Assembly (NCBI GenBank): GCA_964596225.1
Contig: CAZQUB010000001.1
Location: 8,944 to 72,943, forward strand
Length of the DNA stretch: 64,000 bases
Direction: 5' to 3'
From: an uncultured Acidimicrobiaceae bacterium
GTDB lineage: Bacteria > Actinomycetota > Acidimicrobiia > Spongiisociales > UBA5794
Both the position numbers and the translations under genes were made by a program. The notes beneath the pieces are model-generated. The model worked only from the letters and a program-made list of their open reading frames with translations. It did not search any database and had not been told where the DNA came from. Position 1 is the first letter of the stretch; each line of letters begins with the position of its first letter. Below are positions 8,637 to 17,910 of the stretch, one piece after another.

Positions 8637-10243
8637 CGGCACCACCCGTGCACGTTCCACGAGTAGTCCCACCGCCAACGGACTGTGGTCGAGTCGGTGT
8701 CGAGCGGATGGTCGGGATAATCGTCGGCCCCGCAATAGGCCCGCATCTGGACGACCGTCCCGTACGCCTCGTCAGTCACGAACGTGGCCCGGCCCCCGTC
8801 GTTGGCCGGTACCCGCACCCAGTCGGAGGACCCGATCTTGTACTCGAAGAACCCGTCGGGGCCGTCGGGGCCGCCGGTGATCCAGAAGACGTGGTCCCAC
8901 CAACCGGACGACAGATGGAGGTCGGTCTCGGGCCACCCCCAGCCGGTACCGAACGTCTCGCTGTCCGGCTGGTGGCCCCACCCAGTCGATGCCGTTGCGG
9001 TGAACCCCGACTCGCCGGCCGGCAGATCGATCACGACCTCCCCGGTCTCGTCGGTGACCCCGCTGAAGGTGCCCAGGGTGGGATGGGTGACGACGACGTC
9101 GGCCCCGGCGGTCTGGTAGCGCCACTCGTAGTCGAAGTCGACGGTGAAGGTCCAGGACACCGGCACCCACGTCTCCTCCTCGAGCGCCACCGAGCCGGTC
9201 GCCTCGTCGCCGCCCCCGTAGCCGGGGACGTCGACCTCGGCGGTACCGGGCTGGTAGCCGCCGGCGGAGGCCGTGATCTGGTAGCGGTCGGGCACGAGAT
9301 CGTCGAACTGGTAGTCACCGGGGGCATTGGTGACGGTGTCGCCGGTGGTGAGACCCTCCAGGGTGAGGGTGGCGCCGTCGATGGCGTCCCCGGTGACGGC
9401 GTCGGTGACCTCGACGGTGAGCGACGCCGGGCGGTAGATGCGGATGGTGCGTTCGCTGGCCCATCCTTCGGTCGCTTCGACCTCGGTGTCGCCGGACGAC
9501 ACCGATTCGGGATCCAGCAGCCAGCCGCCCGGATCGAAGAGGCGGATCTCGTAGCTGCCGATCTCGACGTCGGCGAAGACCTGCGAGTCCGTTCCCTCCG
9601 GCGCGGTGTAGGTGGCGGGGCCGACGAGCTGCACCCGGGGGGTCGGGTAGAAGAAGGGGTCGTAGGGGTCGTACGGCTCGTAGCGGTCGACGTTGACGGT
9701 CACGATCGCCACCGAGTCGAGCGCCCCCACCGAGGGCGGAGCGATGATGGTCTCCATGTGCACCGGCTGCACCGCGGCGTCCGGCGACGACACCCTCACC
9801 TCGACGTACTTGTAGTTGACGCCCACGTCGTAGCTTCCCTCCACGCCGTCGCCGCCCTGGGGGATCACGTCGAGCCCCGTGGCGGAACCGACGTATGAGA
9901 CGTCGGTCTCCACCGTGTAGGTGCGTCCCTCGACGACGCGCTCGACGGTGCGGTCCAGGATGCCGACGGGAGCCGAGTCCGGGTGCCCGACGTCGCTGTA
10001 GTCGAGGCTGCGCACCTCCTCGATCCGGGCCTGTGCCAGGTTCTCGGCCACGGTGACGTGCTGGGCGCGCACGATGGTGTGGAGGGCGAACGTGACGGGA
10101 ACGATGCTGATGACGATGGCGATCAACATGATCCCGGCCGCCACGATCGATTCGATCACGGTGAAGCCATCCTCCCCGGACAGCACCGAGGAGGAACGCA
10201 TGCGACGCAGCATTCCCATCCGCGGATCATCGGAACATCGCAT
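8633..10243 (-). CDS. Prepilin-type N-terminal domain protein, about 536 aa, with Ig/CarbopepD_reg-like C-terminal repeats
   Basis: The leader ...MLRRMRSSSVLSGEDG|FTVIESIVAAGIMLIAIV gives G|FTVIE with Glu +5. I placed the start at Met 10243 because it sits just after an AAGGAAGG Shine-Dalgarno sequence. Met 10213 and 10201 are alternatives. The C-terminal region has beta-rich T/G/D/V repeats. Confidence 0.6.
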   Translation of the reverse strand: MRCSDDPRMGMLRRMRSSSVLSGEDGFTVIESIVAAGIMLIAIVISIVPVTFALHTIVRAQHVTVAENLAQARIEEVRSLDYSDVGHPDSAPVGILDRTVERVVEGRTYTVETDVSYVGSATGLDVIPQGGDGVEGSYDVGVNYKYVEVRVSSPDAAVQPVHMETIIAPPSVGALDSVAIVTVNVDRYEPYDPYDPFFYPTPRVQLVGPATYTAPEGTDSQVFADVEIGSYEIRLFDPGGWLLDPESVSSGDTEVEATEGWASERTIRIYRPASLTVEVTDAVTGDAIDGATLTLEGLTTGDTVTNAPGDYQFDDLVPDRYQITASAGGYQPGTAEVDVPGYGGGDEATGSVALEEETWVPVSWTFTVDFDYEWRYQTAGADVVVTHPTLGTFSGVTDETGEVVIDLPAGESGFTATASTGWGHQPDSETFGTGWGWPETDLHLSSGWWDHVFWITGGPDGPDGFFEYKIGSSDWVRVPANDGGRATFVTDEAYGTVVQMRAYCGADDYPDHPLDTDSTTVRWRWDYSWNVHGWCR

Positions 10244-10298
10244 GCCTTCCTTGAGGGAGTGGCCGGCAGTGAAATGGCCCTCTGTGGGCCATTCCGGG

Positions 10299-12488
10299 CT
10301 AGTCCTCGTCGCCGTGCGGCACCAGGCGGTAGGCGTCGAAGACGTCGTCGACGTTGCGCAGCTCGTTGATGGCCCGGTCGAGCACCCGGGGATCGGAGAA
10401 CTCGACCTCGTAGCGCAGCACCGCGACCCGGTCGCGACCGGTGCCGGAGGATGACGCGTGGATGTTGGCACCCAGCTCCGACAGCACCGTGGTCACGTCC
10501 CGCAGCAGCTTGGGCCGGTCGAGCGCCTCGACCTGGATCCAGACGAAGAACGACCCGCTCTGGAGCGGCGACCACGACACGTCGATCATGCGCTCCGCCC
10601 GCTCCTCCAGTGCCCCGATGTTGGCGCAATCGGCCCGGTGCACCGAGACGCCTCTCCCCACCGTGACGAAACCGATGATGTCGTCGCCCGGCACCGGGGC
10701 ACAGCACCGCGCCACCCGGACCAGCAGATCCTCCATGCCTTCGACGATGATGCCCCGGGTGGGTCGCCGCTGCCGGGTGATGGGCGGCGGCGCCAGCAGG
10801 TCTTCCTCTTCCTTCTCCGGGCGGAAGACCCGCACCAGACGCTGGATCACGGTCTGCGAGCTCAGCTGGCCGTCCCCCACCGCCACGTACATGGCGTCGA
10901 GACCGCCGTAGCCGAGTTCGGCGGCGATCTCGGCCAGGACCTTGTCGCGGCCCGGCGCCACCACGCCCAGCGCCTCCCTCCGGATGGCCTTGGCGATCAG
11001 ATCGCGACCGTCGCCCAGCGCCGTCTCCCGCCGGGCCCGGGTGTACCACTGACGGATCTTGGTGGCGGCTCGGGTCGACTTGACGAACTCCAGCCAGTCC
11101 CGGCTCGGCCGGGCGTCGGGCGAGTTGGAGGTGATGATCGACACGATGTCGCCCGATTCGAGGCGGGAGGACAGGGGAACGAGGCGGCCGTTGACCTTGG
11201 CGCCCACGCAGCGGTGCCCCACGTCGGTGTGGATGCGATAGGCGAAGTCGACGGGGGTGGCTCCGGCAGGGAGGGTGACCACGTCACCCTTCGGGGTGAG
11301 GGCGAAGACCTCGTCCTGGTAGAGGTCGAGCTTGAGGTTGCGCAGGAAGTCGCTCGGGTCGGTCGACTCCTCCTGGAGGAAGCGGAGGTCGTCGACCAGC
11401 TCGTCGTCGGCGGTTCCGGCTCCCTCCTTGTACCGCCAGTGGGCGGCGATGCCGTGCTCGGCCCGCTCGTGCATCTCCTCGGTGCGAATCTGGACCTCGA
11501 GTGCCTTGCCGTCGGGGCCGACCACGGTGGTGTGGAGGCTCTGGTACAAGTTGAACTTGGGCATGGCGATGTAGTCCTTGAATCGCCCCTGGATGGGGCG
11601 CCACAGGGTGTGGACCAGTCCGAGCGCCCCGTAACAGTCCCGCAGGGAGGGCACGATGATGCGGATCCCGATCAGGTCGAAGATCTCGTCGAAGTCCAGG
11701 CCGCTGTTCATCATCTTGCGGTAGATGGAGTAGAGGTGCTTCGGGCGTCCGCTCACCCTCGCTTCGATGCCCACCCCGGCGAGCGAGCCCCGCACCTCAG
11801 CCATCACCTTCTCCAGGTAATCCTCCCGCGCCGGGGTGCGGCGCCGCACCTTCTCCTCCAGCTCGCCTTTGGGGCCCGGGTGGAGTTCGGCGAAGCAGCG
11901 GTCTTCCAGCTCGTGTTTGACCTCCTGGACGCCGAGACGGTGAGCCAGCGGGGCGTACACCTCGAGTGTCTCGGTGGCGATGCGGTGCCGCTTCTCCTCG
12001 GGGAGCGGCGCCAGGGTCCGGATGTTGTGAAGCCGGTCGGCGAGCTTGATGAGGAGCACCCGGATGTCCTTGGCCATGGCGATCACCATCTTGCGGATGG
12101 TGGCCGCTTGCGCCTCCTCCCGGCTCGAGAACCGGATCCGGTCCAGCTTGGTGACGCCGTCGATGAGGGCAGCCACCTCTTCGCCGAACTCGGCGCCGAC
12201 GTCCTCGAGGGTGAGCTCGGTGTCCTCCACCGTGTCGTGCAGCAGGGCCGCCGCCAGCGTGGCGGCGTCCATCCCGTAGCCGGCCAGGATCTCCGTGACG
12301 ACGAGGGGATGTGAGATGTAGGGCTCGCCGCTGAGGCGGGTCTGGCCGCGGTGGGCGGCCTCCGCCATCTGATAGGCGCGCACGATCAGATCGGTGTCAC
12401 CGTCGGGATGGCGGGCCTGGAACGTCTCGAGCAGCGATGCCAGGTCCTCCTCGATGTCTTCGGCGGGTCGGGCTTCAGGCAGCGCCAC
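10299..12488 (-). CDS. rel: Bifunctional (p)ppGpp synthetase/hydrolase Rel/SpoT
   Basis: The 729 aa product has an HD hydrolase domain (HRGQTRLSGEPYISHPL...HDTVED), a RelA/SpoT synthetase domain, and TGS plus ACT C-terminal domains. Confidence 0.9.
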   Translation of the reverse strand: MALPEARPAEDIEEDLASLLETFQARHPDGDTDLIVRAYQMAEAAHRGQTRLSGEPYISHPLVVTEILAGYGMDAATLAAALLHDTVEDTELTLEDVGAEFGEEVAALIDGVTKLDRIRFSSREEAQAATIRKMVIAMAKDIRVLLIKLADRLHNIRTLAPLPEEKRHRIATETLEVYAPLAHRLGVQEVKHELEDRCFAELHPGPKGELEEKVRRRTPAREDYLEKVMAEVRGSLAGVGIEARVSGRPKHLYSIYRKMMNSGLDFDEIFDLIGIRIIVPSLRDCYGALGLVHTLWRPIQGRFKDYIAMPKFNLYQSLHTTVVGPDGKALEVQIRTEEMHERAEHGIAAHWRYKEGAGTADDELVDDLRFLQEESTDPSDFLRNLKLDLYQDEVFALTPKGDVVTLPAGATPVDFAYRIHTDVGHRCVGAKVNGRLVPLSSRLESGDIVSIITSNSPDARPSRDWLEFVKSTRAATKIRQWYTRARRETALGDGRDLIAKAIRREALGVVAPGRDKVLAEIAAELGYGGLDAMYVAVGDGQLSSQTVIQRLVRVFRPEKEEEDLLAPPPITRQRRPTRGIIVEGMEDLLVRVARCCAPVPGDDIIGFVTVGRGVSVHRADCANIGALEERAERMIDVSWSPLQSGSFFVWIQVEALDRPKLLRDVTTVLSELGANIHASSSGTGRDRVAVLRYEVEFSDPRVLDRAINELRNVDDVFDAYRLVPHGDED

Positions 12489-12585
12489 GGGTCACCCCCA
12501 GAGAGGTACCGGCACCGCTCCGTCGCTCGCGCGGCAGCACCCACATCGTGCCTTCGCGATCGTCGGATCTGCTCACCGGAGCAGT

Positions 12586-13662
12586 CTACCGGCGCTTCCT
12601 CCGCTGCTTGGGAGGCCGGGGCGCCGCTCCCGTGTCGCGCCGTTCGGTGGCCACCTCGGGCGCCGGCTCGGCTTTGGCCCGCTTGGCGACCGCCACCGGC
12701 TCGCCCTTCCCGCGGCTGGAGCGGCGCTGCATGCGTTGCCAGTTGGGCTCCCGTTCCTTCCACTCGGCGAGGAGCGGGGTGGCGACGAAGATGGAGCTGT
12801 ACGTCCCGGCGGCGATCCCGATGAAGAGGGCGAGGGCGAACTGGCGGAGTGTCGCCGCACCCAGCAGGTACGACCCGACGAACAGGAGTGACCCGACCGG
12901 CAGCAGGGACGTCGCCGAGGTGTTGATCGAGCGCATCAGGACCTGGTTCATCGAGAGGTTGCCGATCTCGCTGAACGTGTGGCGGTTGCCCAGATCACGC
13001 ACGTTCTCGGTGATCTTGTCGAAGACGACCACGGTGTCGTAGAGGCTGTACCCCAGGATGGTGAGTACTGCGATCACGGTGGCGGGGGTGACCTCGAACC
13101 CGACGATGGAGTAGACGCCCGCCGTCACCACCAAGTCGTGGAAGAGCGCGACGAGTGCCGCCGCCGCCATCTTCCATTCGAAACGCCAGGTGATGAAGGC
13201 GGCCACCACCAGCAGGAAGATGATGAGGGCGCGCACCATGCGCTTCGTGATCTCCGCCCCGAAGCTCGGCCCGACCGCCTCGACGTTGGTCTCGTCGTGG
13301 GACACCCCGGCGACGTCGGCGACGGTTGCATTGAGTTCGTCCTGCTGGTTGGCATCCAGTGCCGGGGTCTGGACGATGATCGACTCCTCGTTGGTGAGCG
13401 GGTCGATCCGGACCTGGACCCTGGCGCCCTCCTGCCCGATGACGGTGAGGGCCGATCGAACCCCGGCGACGTCGACGCCGCTGTGGTTCGGCGCCTCGAC
13501 GATCGTCCCGCCCGTGAAGTCGACGCTGCCCACGAGGCCCCGGAAGAGCAGCGAAGAGATGCAGATGGCGATGACGACACCGGAGATCACGAAGAAGCGG
13601 CGGCGCCGACCGATGAAGTCGAACTCGGTCTCGCCCCGGTAGAGATCGCGCAGCACGCTCAT
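12586..13662 (-). CDS. secF: Protein translocase subunit SecF
   Basis: It has six TM segments and the SecD/SecF family core. It overlaps secD with an ATGA junction, and the C-terminal tail is basic. Confidence 0.9.
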   Translation of the reverse strand: MSVLRDLYRGETEFDFIGRRRRFFVISGVVIAICISSLLFRGLVGSVDFTGGTIVEAPNHSGVDVAGVRSALTVIGQEGARVQVRIDPLTNEESIIVQTPALDANQQDELNATVADVAGVSHDETNVEAVGPSFGAEITKRMVRALIIFLLVVAAFITWRFEWKMAAAALVALFHDLVVTAGVYSIVGFEVTPATVIAVLTILGYSLYDTVVVFDKITENVRDLGNRHTFSEIGNLSMNQVLMRSINTSATSLLPVGSLLFVGSYLLGAATLRQFALALFIGIAAGTYSSIFVATPLLAEWKEREPNWQRMQRRSSRGKGEPVAVAKRAKAEPAPEVATERRDTGAAPRPPKQRRKRR

Positions 13663-15236
13663 GTCACGGCTCCCTCGATCTCATGGGTATCCCGCCCCAT
13701 GGCGCCTCTCACGCTGAGGCGACCGCCCTCTCCGAACCGGCCCCGCACCAGCAGCATGACGGCCGGTCGGGTGAAGAAGTAGGCCACCGTGACATCGACC
13801 AGGGTGGCGATGCCGAGCGTGATGGCGAATCCCTTGACCGGCCCGATGGCCAGCAGCCAGAGCAGAATCGACCCGGCGAACGTCACCGTGTCGGCGGTGA
13901 GGATGGTGTGGAAGGCGCGCTTGAACCCGGTGTCTACGGACTGGCGCAGCCGCCGTCCCTTCCGGTGCTCTTCCTTGATGCGCTCGAAGAACACGATGTA
14001 GGAGTCCGCCGTGATGCCGACCGACACGATGATGCCGGTGACGCCGGCGAGGGTCAGGGTCGTGCCCTGGAACCGGCCGAGCAGGATGATGAGCACGATC
14101 AGCAACGACCCGAACACGGAGAAGCCGGCGATGGCGGCCAGCCCGAGCGCCCGGTAGTAGAGCACGAGGGCGATGGCGACCAGCGCCAGTCCGCCGAGCC
14201 CGGCCAAGAGGCCGGCTCGCAGCGAGTCGCTCCCGAGGCTGGCCGACACCGATTCCACCCGGTCCCGCGTGAAGGTGGTGGGGAGGGCGCCGTAGCGGAG
14301 GATCGTGGCGAGGTCGGCAGCTTCCGCCTCGGCGTTGTCGCTCGAGCCGATGGTGATGACGACTGTGTCGCCCGGGATGCCCTCACCGGCTGCGACGTCG
14401 GAGGCGATGGTCGGGGCCGAGATCACCTTGCCGTCGACGACGATCGCCATGGCGCGTTGCGGATCGCCGACGGGGAACTGGGAGAGTTGCGCGGTGGCGT
14501 CCTCGAACAGCTTGTTGCCCTCGCTGGTGAACTCGGGATCCACGGTCCAGCCTCCGCCGCTGCTCCCGATCTGGACGCCGCTGTACCCGGCTCTCGCTCC
14601 GGTGACGTCGGCCCCGGTGAGGAAGGCGGGACCGACCTTGTAGTAGAGACCGGAATCGTCCTGGAGGTAGCTGGTCTCGTCAGGGTTGTCGACGATGGTG
14701 AGCCCGGTCTGCGGATCGATGTTGTCGGGAATCACGGGGGGCAGGGTCGTGGTGGTGGTCGTGGTGGTGGATGAGGTACTGGAGGTGTCCTCACCCGCCG
14801 TGGTCGTGGTGGTCGTATCGCCGGGTTGCAGGTCCGCGGGCAGCGGCAGGGTCCCGTCGAGGAAGGCCGGGCTGATCCCCGATTGGATGTCGAGCACCGG
14901 CCGGAACGACAGCTCGCCGGTGGTTCCCACCGCCTGCAGTGCCCGTTCCCGGTCCTTCACACCTGGCAGCTGCACCTGGATGCTGCGGTCACCCTGCATC
15001 GAGATCTCGGGTTCCTGGACGCTGCCCAGGCCCTCGATGCGTTGCCGCATGATCTCGACCGCCTTGGCCAGCACCGCGCTGTCGGTGCCCTCGGGGGCGG
15101 TCAGCACCATGGAGAACCCGCCCTGGAGGTCGAGGCCCAGCTTGGGCGTCCACCCGGCGGCGAGGACGCTCGCCACCGATCCCCACGCGATGGCGACGGT
15201 CAGCAGCAGCGTGATCCACAGCGAGCGGCGGCTCAC
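13659..15236 (-). CDS. secD: Protein translocase subunit SecD
   Basis: The 525 aa product has an N-terminal TM segment, a large periplasmic domain with a Thr-rich linker, and a C-terminal 6-TM SecD core. Confidence 0.9.
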   Translation of the reverse strand: MSRRSLWITLLLTVAIAWGSVASVLAAGWTPKLGLDLQGGFSMVLTAPEGTDSAVLAKAVEIMRQRIEGLGSVQEPEISMQGDRSIQVQLPGVKDRERALQAVGTTGELSFRPVLDIQSGISPAFLDGTLPLPADLQPGDTTTTTTAGEDTSSTSSTTTTTTTTLPPVIPDNIDPQTGLTIVDNPDETSYLQDDSGLYYKVGPAFLTGADVTGARAGYSGVQIGSSGGGWTVDPEFTSEGNKLFEDATAQLSQFPVGDPQRAMAIVVDGKVISAPTIASDVAAGEGIPGDTVVITIGSSDNAEAEAADLATILRYGALPTTFTRDRVESVSASLGSDSLRAGLLAGLGGLALVAIALVLYYRALGLAAIAGFSVFGSLLIVLIILLGRFQGTTLTLAGVTGIIVSVGITADSYIVFFERIKEEHRKGRRLRQSVDTGFKRAFHTILTADTVTFAGSILLWLLAIGPVKGFAITLGIATLVDVTVAYFFTRPAVMLLVRGRFGEGGRLSVRGAMGRDTHEIEGAVT

Positions 15237-15568
15237 TCCCCGTCGCCCCCGATGCGCTCGGCGACGGCACGCCGGGTGATCCGTATCGACGTTCCTCCGC
15301 CGACGTCGACCACCATGTCGCTCCCTTCGATGCTCTTCACGACGGCGTAGATGCCGCCGATGGTGCGGATCTCGTCCCCGACCTCGACCGAATCACGCAG
15401 GTCCTCCATCTGGCGCATGCGGCGCCGCTGGGGCCGGATGAGGATGAAGTAGAAGAGTCCACCCAGGATGAGCAGCGGCAACAGCAGGCCAATCAGAGAT
15501 CCTGTGTTGTCGGTTGTGGTGGTGTCCTGGGCCAGCACGAAACCGGCTTGGGCAACGAGGTATGACAC
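15233..15568 (-). CDS. yajC: Preprotein translocase subunit YajC
   Basis: This is the C-terminal 111 aa of the long track ORF 15233..17407: VSYLVAQAGFVLAQDTTTTDNTGSLIGLLLPLLILGGLFYFILIRPQRRRMRQ...GDEIRTIGGIYAVV. It has a single TM segment plus the YajC motif. I chose the GTG start at 15568 because it follows a GGAGGA Shine-Dalgarno sequence. The rest of the 724 aa ORF is out-of-frame read-through of tgt and queA. Confidence 0.7.
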   Translation of the reverse strand: MSYLVAQAGFVLAQDTTTTDNTGSLIGLLLPLLILGGLFYFILIRPQRRRMRQMEDLRDSVEVGDEIRTIGGIYAVVKSIEGSDMVVDVGGGTSIRITRRAVAERIGGDGE

Positions 15569-15666
15569 GGGGTCCTCCAATGCGACAAAACCCGAGGTGC
15601 TCGAGGCGGCGAGCCGCCACAGGTTAGCCCCGCCCGTGGACTGCAGGAAACCGGAGGCGTCGATGG

Positions 15667-16779
15667 TCACGTTCCGCGGGTGCGGTCGGCGAGAACCCGG
15701 GCCCGGTGGGCGGGAAACCGCCCCTCCTGAATCGATCCTCGGATCCCGGCGAGAAGCCGGAAGGTGTAGGTCAGGTTGTGGAGCGTGAGGAGGCGGGGCC
15801 CGAGTTGCTCCCCGGTGGTGTGGAGGTGGCGCAGGTAGCCCCGCTCGTAACGGGCACAGGCCGGACAGGGGCAGTCGAGTTCGAGCGGTCGGTCGTCCCG
15901 CGCCCATTCGGCCCGCTTGATCGAGTAGTCGCCGAAGCGGGTGAGGACCTTCCCGTGACGCGCCAGGCGGGTGGGGAGCACGCAGTCGAACAGGTCCGCC
16001 CCGCGGGCCACCGCGTCGAGTATGCCTTCCGTGTCCCCCAGACCCATCACGTAGCGGGGATGGGAACCCGGGAGTTCGGGGATGCATGCCTCGAGTGCCA
16101 GGTTGCGTTCCGGTCCGGACTCCCCCACCGACAGCCCGCCGATCCCGAATCCCGGGAAGCCCAATCCGGCCGTCTCCGCCGCCGACCGCCGCCGCAGCTC
16201 CGGATCGACGCCGCCCTGCACGATGCCCCACAGGGCCCGGTCGTCTCGGGTCCGCGCCTGACGGGCCCGGGCGGCCCACCGCAGGGTGCGTTCCATCGCA
16301 GCGGCCGCGACCGCCCGCTCCGCCGGGAGCGGGATGAGAACGTCGAGCATCATCGCCACATCGGATCCCAGGGTCTCCTGGATCTCGACGGCCCGCTCCG
16401 GGGTCAGCTCGACCCGGGAGCCGTCGTAGGTGGAAGCGAAGACGACGCCGTCCTCGCCGACCCGAGGGTCGAGGGAGAAGACCTGGTAGCCGCCGCTGTC
16501 GGTCAGGATCGGCCCCTCCCACCCCATGAAGCGATGGAGTTCCCCGAGCGCCGCGACCGTCTCGGCGCCGGGTCGCAGCATCAGGTGGTAGGTGTTGGCG
16601 AGCACCATCTGGGCCCCGGTGTGCGCCAGGTCGTCGGCATCGACGCCCCGCACCGTCCCCCTCGTCCCCACCGGCATGAACGCCGGTGTCTCCACCGGCC
16701 CGTGGGGCGTGTGCAGGATCCCGGCGCGGCTCTCGCCATCGGTCGCCTGCGGCTCCCACCATACGGCGTCGGCCATCAT
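15667..16779 (-). CDS. tgt: Queuine tRNA-ribosyltransferase
   Basis: The 370 aa product has a TIM-barrel TGT family fold and a C-terminal zinc site CPCPAC...H. It is translationally coupled to queA. Confidence 0.9.
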   Translation of the reverse strand: MMADAVWWEPQATDGESRAGILHTPHGPVETPAFMPVGTRGTVRGVDADDLAHTGAQMVLANTYHLMLRPGAETVAALGELHRFMGWEGPILTDSGGYQVFSLDPRVGEDGVVFASTYDGSRVELTPERAVEIQETLGSDVAMMLDVLIPLPAERAVAAAAMERTLRWAARARQARTRDDRALWGIVQGGVDPELRRRSAAETAGLGFPGFGIGGLSVGESGPERNLALEACIPELPGSHPRYVMGLGDTEGILDAVARGADLFDCVLPTRLARHGKVLTRFGDYSIKRAEWARDDRPLELDCPCPACARYERGYLRHLHTTGEQLGPRLLTLHNLTYTFRLLAGIRGSIQEGRFPAHRARVLADRTRGT

Positions 16780-17804
16780 CGCCTCCCGGTGTCGTCGATG
16801 AACATGGCATCCCCAAAGGAGAGAAAGCGGTACCCGGCGTCGAGGGCGTGACGGTAGACGCGCCGCCAGTGCTCCCCGAGCATCGCCGCCACCATGACGA
16901 TGAGCGTGGTCCCGGGAGCGTGGAAGTTGGTGAGCACCGCGTCGACCACCTCGAACCGGTAGCCGGGGGTGATGAAGAGGGCACTCTCGCCTGCTCCGGC
17001 CTCGATGAGGCCGCCGCCGGTCGCGGCCGTCTCGAGGGTCCGCACCACCGTCGTCCCCACCGCGACGACGCGCCGCCCGTCGCGGTGGGCGGACGCCACC
17101 TCATCGGCGGCCTCCTCCGGCACCCGGTAGGCCTCGCGGTGCATCTCGTGCTCGTCGATCCGCGCCGAGGCGATGGGACGGAAGGTGTCGAGCCCCACCT
17201 CCAGCTCGACTGCGGTGCGGCGAATCCCGCGGGCATCGAGGCGGGCCAGGAGATCATCCGTGAAGTGGAGGCCGGCGGTGGGCGCCGCAGCCGAACCGAC
17301 CGAGGTGGCGAAGACGGTCTGGTACCGCTCGGGATCATCGAGCCGACCGTGGAAGTACGGCGGGAGCGGCACCGTCCCGCTTCGAGCCACCAGTTCCTCG
17401 ACGTCACCGTCCCCCTCGAGGGTGATCACAACCATGCCCCGTTCCGGACCCTCCACCACCCGCGCCCGGAGCAGGCCCAGCTCGAGCTCGGTTCCGGGCC
17501 GGATCCGCCGGGCCGGACGGACCAGGGCTTCCCACTGTTCCGGGCCGCGGCGCCGGATCAACAGCACTTCGACGCTCCCTCCCGTTTCGGTCTTCATGCC
17601 CCGCAGCCGGGCGGCCCGGACGCGGGTCCGGTTGACCACCAGGAGGTCGCCGGGCCGGAGCACCGTGGGGAGGTCCGAGACATGCCGGTCCTCCAGCGTC
17701 GAAGCGACCAGGAGGCGGGCCGCATCCCGCGGCTCGATCGCCTCCTGGGCGATCGCCTCGGGCGGCAGGTCGTACCGATACTCGGAAGTGGCGCGGGAGA
17801 TCAC
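16776..17804 (-). CDS. queA: S-adenosylmethionine:tRNA ribosyltransferase-isomerase
   Basis: Homology begins at VISRATSEYRYDLPPEAIAQEAIEPRDAARLLV, so I placed the start at the GTG at 17804. The upstream 144 aa of the track ORF 16776..18236 is low-complexity. Conserved motifs include GTVPLPPYF and TNFHAP. Confidence 0.8.
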   Translation of the reverse strand: MISRATSEYRYDLPPEAIAQEAIEPRDAARLLVASTLEDRHVSDLPTVLRPGDLLVVNRTRVRAARLRGMKTETGGSVEVLLIRRRGPEQWEALVRPARRIRPGTELELGLLRARVVEGPERGMVVITLEGDGDVEELVARSGTVPLPPYFHGRLDDPERYQTVFATSVGSAAAPTAGLHFTDDLLARLDARGIRRTAVELEVGLDTFRPIASARIDEHEMHREAYRVPEEAADEVASAHRDGRRVVAVGTTVVRTLETAATGGGLIEAGAGESALFITPGYRFEVVDAVLTNFHAPGTTLIVMVAAMLGEHWRRVYRHALDAGYRFLSFGDAMFIDDTGRR

Positions 17805-17910
17805 CTGGCTCAGGCTAGGTGGCCCGCACCATGGGGAGTTCCAACCGATGAGGTTCCTCGCCGTGTCAACCGGCCGGCGGTACGCTCGACACGCGCAAAG
17901 GAGCACCGCC

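Noticed and set aside
5663-9898. Long plus-strand ORFs 5663..7042, 7115..8095, 7854..8666 and 8648..9898
   Set aside because: They are antisense or out-of-frame to the MBL hydrolase and the three prepilin-type genes. Composition is extremely G/R/V/D-rich and no domains were recognised.
15233-17407. 724 aa minus-strand ORF spanning yajC, tgt and queA
   Set aside because: Only the C-terminal 111 aa (YajC) is real. The rest is an out-of-frame read-through of tgt and queA, with Pro/Arg/Gly-rich junk. The true tgt and queA frames are separate ORFs with strong homology.
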